A stretch of DNA of 22,033 nt from a virus. Its lineage: Duplodnaviria; Heunggongvirae; Uroviricota; Caudoviricetes. Made by a program: the position numbers and the translations under genes. The stretch's first letter is position 1; each line of letters begins with the position of its first letter. Shown piece after piece: positions 15,322 through 20,689 of the stretch. The notes under the pieces are model-generated. The model saw only the letters and a list, made by a program, of their open reading frames with translations, was not told the origin of the DNA and did no database searches. The stretch is from IMG/VR virus record IMGVR_UViG_3300034126_000013; one strand, given 5' to 3'.

Positions 15322-15394
15322 GATGCGAAGGTTTCGTATTACCAGATAGTCAGGCTCCTTCGGTGATTGTCTCGTGTCTGACTTCGCACCGTGT
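15322..15394 (-). ncRNA. candidate structured small RNA, copy B
   Basis: Starts after the TAGAAT at 15401-06. It has CGGUG/CACCG, GGUGCGAAG/CUUCGCAUC and AGUCAG/CUGACU pairings and no evident ORF. Confidence 0.4.
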
Positions 15395-15405
15395 AAAACT
15401 ATTCT

Positions 15406-15449
15406 ACAGGAAGCGTAAAGGTTCCACGTGGAACCTTTACGCTTCCTGT
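15406..15449. repeat. perfect 44-bp palindrome
   Basis: ACAGGAAGCGTAAAGGTTCCAC|GTGGAACCTTTACGCTTCCTGT. Confidence 0.95.
15420..15435. promoter_or_regulatory. parS: parS-like site 3
   Basis: GGTTCCACGTGGAACC; central 14 bp identical to TGTTCCACGTGGAACA. Confidence 0.8.
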
Positions 15450-15763
15450 TTAGCCAGTTCAATAGCTTTGTCGAATGCTTCCATTACTTCGGCGTGTGTG
15501 TGCTCATCATTATATCGTGCAAACGTTGTTGGACCATGATTTACAACCTTAGACAAAAGCTTTTCTGCCTCGTTATTAGTCCAGTCAAGTTCGAAAGATT
15601 CTATATCGAAATTAATTTCAGGTTTCATTGCTTTACTAATTGCACCCAATGAGCAGAAGCATTCCCGACCATCAACCACCTTTTTATAGTACTTGCCTTG
15701 TATCCAATTCGAAGGATCGGCAATAAGTGCTTTTGCTTGGATCAATACGTCTACAGTTTTCAT
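15437..15763 (-). CDS. conserved phage protein, DUF6197-like
   Basis: W.QG...CSLGAI...YND.HTHAEV..AFDKAI pattern, recognised from memory. Confidence 0.65.
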   Translation of the reverse strand: MKTVDVLIQAKALIADPSNWIQGKYYKKVVDGRECFCSLGAISKAMKPEINFDIESFELDWTNNEAEKLLSKVVNHGPTTFARYNDEHTHAEVMEAFDKAIELAKQEA

Positions 15764-15772
15764 GTTATACCC

Positions 15773-15949
15773 TTATACAGTGACTTCTGAAAGGCGACGA
15801 ACTTCGACAACTGGACATTCTGGGAACTGGCTTGCGGCCATGAAAAAGGCAGTTGACTTATTAGCCACGTTGTAAGTAATAGCAAATGTAAACTGTTCAC
15901 CTTCAAAGGTGTCAGTCATTGCAACACGGAACTTATATTTCTTTGACAT
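15773..15949 (-). CDS. early hypothetical protein (58 aa)
   Basis: MSKKYKFRVAMTDTF...; SD AAGGA. Confidence 0.75.
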   Translation of the reverse strand: MSKKYKFRVAMTDTFEGEQFTFAITYNVANKSTAFFMAASQFPECPVVEVRRLSEVTV

Positions 15950-15959
15950 TTATATATCC

Positions 15960-16112
15960 TTAGATCAATTCATTTTGTGCAATGTGCACACCAGTAGCAA
16001 CAGTAAAAGCAATCAACGCTAATTTAGCGAAAAAGTCAAACTTGCTTCTAGTTCCATCAAGAAAGATTGTAAGTACAACCATAATAATTAAAAGTTCAAT
16101 CGAGGTAATCAT
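15960..16112 (-). CDS. small membrane protein (50 aa, two hydrophobic segments)
   Basis: MITSIELLIIMVVLTIFL...LALIAFTVATGVHIA...; ATGA-coupled. Confidence 0.7.
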   Translation of the reverse strand: MITSIELLIIMVVLTIFLDGTRSKFDFFAKLALIAFTVATGVHIAQNELI

Positions 16113-16261
16113 TTAACTTGCCTTGTTAGTTTGGCTTTAGTTAGATCGTTCGGGTTCATCATATCAAGTTGAACAACCCAGACGGAACTACCTGCAAAGT
16201 TCTTGATAAACACGATACCTTCATGTTTGCCGATCTTACCATGTAATCGCATCACGTTCAT
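16109..16261 (-). CDS. early hypothetical protein (~50 aa)
   Basis: MNVMRLHGKIGKHEGIVF...; start uncertain. Confidence 0.65.
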   Translation of the reverse strand: MNVMRLHGKIGKHEGIVFIKNFAGSSVWVVQLDMMNPNDLTKAKLTRQVK

Positions 16262-16281
16262 AACTAAGTCAAACTCTTTAA

Positions 16282-16545
16282 CTAATTGAGGTTTGTAGTA
16301 TAATGCTGTTTTATCGCCTTTGCAACAACTTTCGTTATATCTTTTGAACTATCACCATAGACAGTAAATCGTTTGTCTATGTATTGCAGCCGCATAATAT
16401 TGCGACCGTTTCGGTCTTGGATATAACAACGATTACCATGGCCATTCATCAAGTGACCTTGACCAGTTCCTGCTAACTTCATTGCAAGTTGAATTTTAGC
16501 AATCATTGTAGGGTGTGTCAAGCTAGTTACAGTAATCATTTTCAC
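16282..16545 (-). CDS. basic early hypothetical protein
   Basis: 87 aa; SD AAGGAG. Confidence 0.8.
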   Translation of the reverse strand: MKMITVTSLTHPTMIAKIQLAMKLAGTGQGHLMNGHGNRCYIQDRNGRNIMRLQYIDKRFTVYGDSSKDITKVVAKAIKQHYTTNLN

Positions 16546-16649
16546 TCCTTATCTTTATAAATTGAATACAATACCGTAACAATTAAGGAAAATGACATAA
16601 ATACCACAGGTATTAAACATGCAATAATTATTTTATGTTCATATGTCAT
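16542..16649 (-). CDS. 35-aa single-pass membrane peptide
   Basis: MTYEHKIIIACLIPVVFMSFSLIVTVLYSIYKDKE. Confidence 0.65.
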   Translation of the reverse strand: MTYEHKIIIACLIPVVFMSFSLIVTVLYSIYKDKE

Positions 16650-16657
16650 TTTACAAC

Positions 16658-16762
16658 TCACATTACTGGTGGTTTTGGGAAGTGATGCATTACTGTAACC
16701 ATTACAATCAATACATCGATTGCAACGATAAACCATAATGTTCTTTTCAGTTCATCATCCAT
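16658..16762 (-). CDS. 34-aa single-pass membrane peptide
   Basis: MDDELKRTLWFIVAIDVLIVMVTVMHHFPKPPVM; SD AAGGA. Confidence 0.65.
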   Translation of the reverse strand: MDDELKRTLWFIVAIDVLIVMVTVMHHFPKPPVM

Positions 16763-16811
16763 TTTTATTATTCCTTATCAGGAGAGAACCATTTCTCTCC
16801 TCTTGATACCC

Positions 16812-16839
16812 ATTCTACATCCTTTAGATAACCCGTCAA
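16812..16839 (-). promoter_or_regulatory. early promoter (16-bp spacer class, TCTAAA) with a 5' hairpin at 16780-16801
   Basis: TTGACG-GGTTATCTAAAGGATG-TAGAAT. Confidence 0.8.
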
Positions 16840-16846
16840 CAACTAT

Positions 16847-17098
16847 TTACGGGATATCTTGTTCTTTGATTTCCTTTGTTTCCATTTCAATCGAAACGAT
16901 TTCGAAAACAGTTTCACCGATTTGGAACTCAGTCAACCATTTTGTTAGCTTCGTTTCATCTTCCCACAAGGCAAGAAAACGATCATCTTGCTTTTGAGTG
17001 TTGACGTTTGCGTCTTGTACAGTTGACGCCCTGTCAATAACATATTCATTGCAAGTGGCCATTGTGCAAACGAGTGCGACGGTTGCGAAGATTGACAT
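16847..17098 (-). CDS. hypothetical protein with a hydrophobic N-terminus (possibly exported)
   Basis: MSIFATVALVCTMATC...; SD AGAGG. Confidence 0.75.
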   Translation of the reverse strand: MSIFATVALVCTMATCNEYVIDRASTVQDANVNTQKQDDRFLALWEDETKLTKWLTEFQIGETVFEIVSIEMETKEIKEQDIP

Positions 17099-17158
17099 GA
17101 TAAACCTCTTTAGAATTGATTGTCTTCTACTGACTCAGCCCCAATTAAGGGGCTTTTA

Positions 17159-17383
17159 TCACTTGTGTGATTCTACAGGAACGAAACCCATATCGCAAAG
17201 TAAACTGTATGTTTCTTGCATCAACTGAGATTGCTCATGTTCACCGAATGCTCGCCAGAATGCCCAACCTACACAATCAGCAAAAGAGTCAAATGCAAAC
17301 TGAATATCCACTTGACGACGAAACTCAATTGCAGCAGCTTCCATAATATCAGCGAGTTTTGTAGCAATTTCAATGTTCAACAT
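17159..17383 (-). CDS. early hypothetical protein
   Basis: 74 aa; SD AGAGG. Confidence 0.8.
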   Translation of the reverse strand: MLNIEIATKLADIMEAAAIEFRRQVDIQFAFDSFADCVGWAFWRAFGEHEQSQLMQETYSLLCDMGFVPVESHK

Positions 17384-17424
17384 GGTGAACCTCTTTAGAT
17401 AACTTGTTTTGTTTCGACGGGGTT

Positions 17425-17453
17425 ATAGTCTCATTTGGCTAACCCCGTGTCAA
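17425..17453 (-). promoter_or_regulatory. sigma70-type promoter overlapped by a 9-bp inverted repeat
   Basis: TTGACA-N17-GACTAT; arms ACGGGGTTA (17417-25) and TAACCCCGT (17440-48). Confidence 0.55.
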
Positions 17454-17462
17454 CACCTATTT

Positions 17463-17714
17463 TCACAATTCCGGCTTAAACTTGCAAAGGATATGGGGCG
17501 GGGCAATGAACTGCAAAGCGTATGCCTGTGCGTCTTGTATGTCACGAAAGGGTTTGAACTCCCAATCAACCCCAACGCCGCCTGAATGCGTAGAAACCTC
17601 AAAGTGGCAACCCTTGAACACTGGTTCCTCACTTTCGTAAATACGTGCTACGCGATCATACGGAACCTTGTAAGCCAAATATGTAGCAGTGTATATAGCT
17701 ATTCGACGGGACAT
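17463..17714 (-). CDS. early hypothetical protein
   Basis: 83 aa; SD GAGGTG. Confidence 0.8.
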   Translation of the reverse strand: MSRRIAIYTATYLAYKVPYDRVARIYESEEPVFKGCHFEVSTHSGGVGVDWEFKPFRDIQDAQAYALQFIAPPHILCKFKPEL

Positions 17715-17716
17715 GA

Positions 17717-17935
17717 TTACACCTCAGACTTGACAGAAAGAGAATTAAACCAGTGGGCATATGCACGCTTGCCCATCTTACGCTCTAGCGCTTCGTTCAT
17801 TGCATCGAATAGAACCGAAGGCCATTTAGGTTCGTTCCAGTCGTCTATGATTGCAGCCTGTAGACCGTCTACAGACATAAGCATAGCATGATTGCGAAGT
17901 GCGTTTACATGTTTCTTGTATTCACGAGTGTCCAT
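17717..17935 (-). CDS. early hypothetical protein
   Basis: 72 aa; downstream of promoter 18003-18030. Confidence 0.8.
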   Translation of the reverse strand: MDTREYKKHVNALRNHAMLMSVDGLQAAIIDDWNEPKWPSVLFDAMNEALERKMGKRAYAHWFNSLSVKSEV

Positions 17936-18002
17936 TTTGCATACCTATCTTGTTAAAGATTATTTGGCAGCTACTGCGAACTTTCTGCTGTCTACATGGT
18001 GA

Positions 18003-18030
18003 ATCTTAGCACGTCTGTTTGGCTTGTCAA
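18003..18030 (-). promoter_or_regulatory. early promoter (16-bp spacer class)
   Basis: TTGACA-N16-TAAGAT. Confidence 0.75.
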
Positions 18031-18329
18031 GCGTTTATTTTCAGATTCGGCCAGTCTTTACAATATCGTTTTTTGTACAGGCGTGGTGGTCTACCAATAC
18101 CACAACCGTCGTCAACTGTACCGACTCGACTGGTAAGCTTGCCCAGTGTTTCGAGCCTAATCATCTCATTGCTAACAGCCTTTGTAATTTCGACATCCGC
18201 TAAGCTCGCATGAGCTTGTTTCAGGTCGTTTACAATTGAAGGTACACACATTTCAAGTGTACCAGCTTGAGCAACCCACAAGGCCACACACTGTCTTACA
18301 AATGGAGTTTCGTTGTTCTGACTAGCCAT
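18027..18329 (-). CDS. putative winged-helix DNA-binding protein
   Basis: Helical core followed by GCGIGRPPRLY, resembling a GRP..Y wing; SD AAGGA. Confidence 0.5.
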   Translation of the reverse strand: MASQNNETPFVRQCVALWVAQAGTLEMCVPSIVNDLKQAHASLADVEITKAVSNEMIRLETLGKLTSRVGTVDDGCGIGRPPRLYKKRYCKDWPNLKINA

Positions 18330-18334
18330 TACGT

Positions 18335-18427
18335 TTAATCCTTGGAACACATACGACAAAACAAGCCGGGGCGATTACTAAACAAGGCACCGCAAGACAT
18401 ACACGTTTTACGTTTGAGAATAGCCAC
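18335..18427 (-). CDS. 30-aa zinc-ribbon peptide (GTG start)
   Basis: (M)AILKRKTCMSCGALFSNRPGLFCRMCSKD; SD AAGGTG; its stop overlaps the next SD. Confidence 0.6.
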   Translation of the reverse strand: MAILKRKTCMSCGALFSNRPGLFCRMCSKD

Positions 18428-18436
18428 ATGTCACCT

Positions 18437-18682
18437 TTAATCGTAAAAATCATCATTCATTGATATAGGGAATGGATCAAAATAATCATCTTCATAATTA
18501 TAACGATCATCTTCGTAAAACCAGTCGTCAGGTTCTTCTATTTTATTGAAGTCTTCCCAGTCTACACCATGACCATCCCACTCCCTATGTTCACGGTCTA
18601 ACTCATCTGATTCTAGCTCAGACTGTAACGTGTGTTCTTCATTGAATTCAGCGTCAATGTAACTACGATCAACTTTCGCCAT
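18437..18682 (-). CDS. highly acidic protein (30 D/E in 81 aa)
   Basis: Counted 17 D + 13 E versus 6 K/R; aromatic-rich C-terminus. Confidence 0.8.
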   Translation of the reverse strand: MAKVDRSYIDAEFNEEHTLQSELESDELDREHREWDGHGVDWEDFNKIEEPDDWFYEDDRYNYEDDYFDPFPISMNDDFYD

Positions 18683-18716
18683 GATATCAACTCGGTTTGT
18701 TTACAGATGGTTTACT

Positions 18717-18740
18717 AAAAGCGCCCATTCTAGAGCGCTT
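18717..18740 (-). terminator. probable Rho-independent terminator
   Basis: AAGCGC-N10-GCGCTT with a U-tract on the minus strand. Confidence 0.6.
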
Positions 18741-18754
18741 CTATAAATCAACTG

Positions 18755-19159
18755 TTATTCGTCGTCTTTGCACTCGTCATTAAATGCTTGACATGTACCA
18801 CAGATACCATCCTCGTTTAGTTCTTCAAAAGTACCACCGCAATCGGAGCATTCATTTTCCTCATCGTCAAGGTCGTCAATAAAGTCGATATCGCTATCAT
18901 CTTCGTTTTCCAGTTGACTTTCCAATTCAGATTGAATACTGCTTTCATGATCCCCTTTGCCACAACGGAAAGCAGTAGGGTCAGCATCTTGTAACAATGA
19001 ACCAGAACCGAAGGTCATACCACACACTTGTACATCACCGTAAATCTCGTCAAGAAAATCAACATACTCGCTATCAGAGATTGACACTTCACCATTTTCA
19101 ACATCGTGACCACGAAAGGATTTAACGTTGTCGATGTTCCAGAATTCTGCTGCTTTCAT
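18755..19159 (-). CDS. highly acidic protein with a C-terminal Cys4 motif (40 D/E in 134 aa)
   Basis: CSDC...CGTC; 6 K/R; SD AGGA. Confidence 0.85.
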   Translation of the reverse strand: MKAAEFWNIDNVKSFRGHDVENGEVSISDSEYVDFLDEIYGDVQVCGMTFGSGSLLQDADPTAFRCGKGDHESSIQSELESQLENEDDSDIDFIDDLDDEENECSDCGGTFEELNEDGICGTCQAFNDECKDDE

Positions 19160-19193
19160 GTTCGTATTCCTGATTAGATAAGTAATGTTGCTG

Positions 19194-19221
19194 ATTATAC
19201 AGTCTTTAGATAAGTCGTCAA
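19194..19221 (-). promoter_or_regulatory. early promoter (16-bp spacer class, TCTAAA)
   Basis: TTGACG-ACTTATCTAAAGACTG-TATAAT. Confidence 0.85.
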
Positions 19222-19224
19222 GCT

Positions 19225-19314
19225 TTATTTAACGACAACCATATGGCAAGGATTATGAGGAACTACAACCATATGGCAAGGATTATGGAAAATACGCTTA
19301 ATCATTTTGATCAT
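19225..19314 (-). CDS. 29-aa peptide with an in-frame tandem duplication
   Basis: MIKMIKRIF-HNPCHMVVV-P-HNPCHMVVV-K; weak SD. Confidence 0.45.
   Translation of the reverse strand: MIKMIKRIFHNPCHMVVVPHNPCHMVVVK
19235..19287. repeat. 23-bp exact direct repeat, period 30
   Basis: ACAACCATATGGCAAGGATTATG at 19235-57 and 19265-87. Confidence 0.95.
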
Positions 19315-19362
19315 GATCTTTCTCTAGGTTGTGGGAGAGAAAATCTCTCCCTTGTGTGACTG

Positions 19363-19390
19363 ATTATAAACTGTTTAGACAACTGGTCAA
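19363..19390 (-). promoter_or_regulatory. early promoter (16-bp spacer class, TCTAAA) with a 5' hairpin at 19333-19351
   Basis: TTGACC-AGTTGTCTAAACAGTT-TATAAT. Confidence 0.85.
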
Positions 19391-19398
19391 GCTTTATT

Positions 19399-19716
19399 TT
19401 AAACGATTTCCCAGCTACCATCCCACTCTTTACCATTCAGGAACCATACACCTTTACGTTGTACAACAGAAACACCGGGAAGGCCATTCAAACGTTCTTT
19501 AGTAGTATTGGACTGCCAACCCGCATTGCTAACTTCGATTTCATTACTACCAACAATACGTTGGGCGATCTTGTTACCGTGCAAACGAAGTACCACCATT
19601 TTTTCTTCGAACATTGCAAACTGTACAGGTTCGATTGTAACAGTTGTATTGTCTAAACGGAACTCTTTAGCAGACATGAATGCGTGGGAAGCTTGAGTAG
19701 TGATTTTGCGAGCCAT
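19399..19716 (-). CDS. conserved early hypothetical protein
   Basis: 105 aa; LHGN.IA...GW.S.TTKERLN motif; SD AAGAG. Confidence 0.85.
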   Translation of the reverse strand: MARKITTQASHAFMSAKEFRLDNTTVTIEPVQFAMFEEKMVVLRLHGNKIAQRIVGSNEIEVSNAGWQSNTTKERLNGLPGVSVVQRKGVWFLNGKEWDGSWEIV

Positions 19717-19770
19717 GTTCTTAATCTCTTCTGTTATGTGAGAGAGGTTTTCCTCTCTCTTGTGTGGTTG

Positions 19771-19798
19771 ATTCTACAGTCTTTAGATAACTAGTCAA
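19771..19798 (-). promoter_or_regulatory. early promoter (16-bp spacer class, TCTAAA) with a 5' hairpin at 19740-19759
   Basis: TTGACT-AGTTATCTAAAGACTG-TAGAAT. Confidence 0.85.
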
Positions 19799-19802
19799 GC
19801 TT

Positions 19803-19958
19803 TTATTTTGCTACTTTTACAACTTCATTCTGACCCCAGTAAAACACACGACCTACACCTTTAATCTTTGCTGTTCGTGTACTTTGCTTTGTTGCTGTAA
19901 TTCCGTTGAACTCAAACTCTTTACCGATTTGAACATCTTTAAATTTCATGCGTTGCAT
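19803..19958 (-). CDS. small basic early protein
   Basis: (MQR)MKFKDVQIGKEFEFNG...; SD GAAGGG; start 19958 or 19949. Confidence 0.75.
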   Translation of the reverse strand: MQRMKFKDVQIGKEFEFNGITATKQSTRTAKIKGVGRVFYWGQNEVVKVAK

Positions 19959-20007
19959 CTGTCTAACCCTTCTTTGTGTCCGGGGTGTTTCCCCTTTCTT
20001 GACGCCC

Positions 20008-20035
20008 ATTCTACACCCAGCAGAACACACGTCAA
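20008..20035 (-). promoter_or_regulatory. early promoter (16-bp spacer class)
   Basis: TTGACG-N16-TAGAAT. Confidence 0.8.
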
Positions 20036-20068
20036 CAACTATTTTCTTTTCACTGAATTGCGGGCATG

Positions 20069-20092
20069 AAAAAGCCCCGACAATGCGGGGCT
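20069..20092 (-). terminator. Rho-independent terminator
   Basis: AGCCCCG-ACAATG-CGGGGCT with a U-tract on the minus strand. Confidence 0.8.
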
Positions 20093-20095
20093 ATG

Positions 20096-20482
20096 TCACC
20101 AATCACAATTGGTTATTAGTTCACCTGTTACATTATCACGACGGATAATCATAGGGCAACCGGTAAGCTTGAACTTATCGTTATACTTGCTAATAAGCGA
20201 GTCCAGTTCAAGCGCATAGCTATTTTCCCCCTTCAATTCGTAAGGGTCAAGGTTTTCGTCCATCTCCCATGATTCGCTAGGATCATCGTCGTATTCTTCC
20301 CATTGACAACCGAAAGAAATACTACCCATTGCCATACAAAAGCTTTTTGCCCGGTGACTTGTTTCTATCACACGTTTGGCTAGACGCTCAATCTCTTTTA
20401 ATAGCGCCTCCTCAAAGGCACTTTCTGCTTTCAGGTAAGCCCGTTCACGAGCTTTAAACATACTAGCCACGTTATGCCCCAC
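20096..20482 (-). CDS. early hypothetical protein
   Basis: 128 aa from the GTG start, or from ATG 20461. Confidence 0.8.
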   Translation of the reverse strand: MGHNVASMFKARERAYLKAESAFEEALLKEIERLAKRVIETSHRAKSFCMAMGSISFGCQWEEYDDDPSESWEMDENLDPYELKGENSYALELDSLISKYNDKFKLTGCPMIIRRDNVTGELITNCDW

Positions 20483-20612
20483 GATTGATCAGATAACCCC
20501 AACGACGGCCCGGTGCGGAGTCAGAACCATGGTCTACAACCTTACCGTTCTTTACTTCTTTAGCGTCGTTGAATGCACGGGCCAGAGTACGGGATTTGAA
20601 GAAGATAGTCAT
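20472..20612 (-). CDS. small conserved phage protein (46 aa; not in the track)
   Basis: MTIFFKSRTLARAFNDAKEVKNGKVVDHGSDSAPGRRWGY...; SD AGGA; first gene after promoter 20658. Confidence 0.8.
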   Translation of the reverse strand: MTIFFKSRTLARAFNDAKEVKNGKVVDHGSDSAPGRRWGYLINRGA

Positions 20613-20657
20613 GTTCGGTATTCCTGATTAAGTTGGTTTGTCTTGTTTACGTGGTTC

Positions 20658-20685
20658 ATTCTACAGCGTTCGGTGTGACTGTCAA
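20658..20685 (-). promoter_or_regulatory. early promoter (16-bp spacer class)
   Basis: TTGACA-N16-TAGAAT. Confidence 0.85.
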
Positions 20686-20689
20686 CCCT

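Noticed and set aside
15322-15390. Hammerhead-ribozyme resemblance in RNA B (CUGA...CGAAAC, GUC triplet, stem III-like pairing)
   Set aside because: The core reads CUGACUA rather than CUGANGA (G8 missing), and stem I cannot form.
15406-15449. Protelomerase (telRL/tos) target
   Set aside because: The size fits, but no protelomerase or plasmid-prophage genes are in the window, and the centre is explained by parS.
17137-17157. Hairpin AGCCCC-AATTAA-GGGGCT as an early terminator
   Set aside because: The T-tract is on the + strand, opposite to the local genes. At most it stops antisense transcription, so it was not called.
18322-18429. Alternative 35-aa ORF MWLFSNVKRVCLAV...
   Set aside because: The overlapping GTG frame gives a clean CxxC...CxxC zinc ribbon whose stop couples to the next SD, which is more plausible.
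19235-19287. Mini-CRISPR array or CRISPR-repeat mimic
   Set aside because: Only two copies with a 7-nt gap, and no resemblance to type I-C, I-E or I-F repeats that I know.
20642-20657. Fourth parS (TTGTTTACGTGGTTCA)
   Set aside because: About five mismatches and not palindromic.
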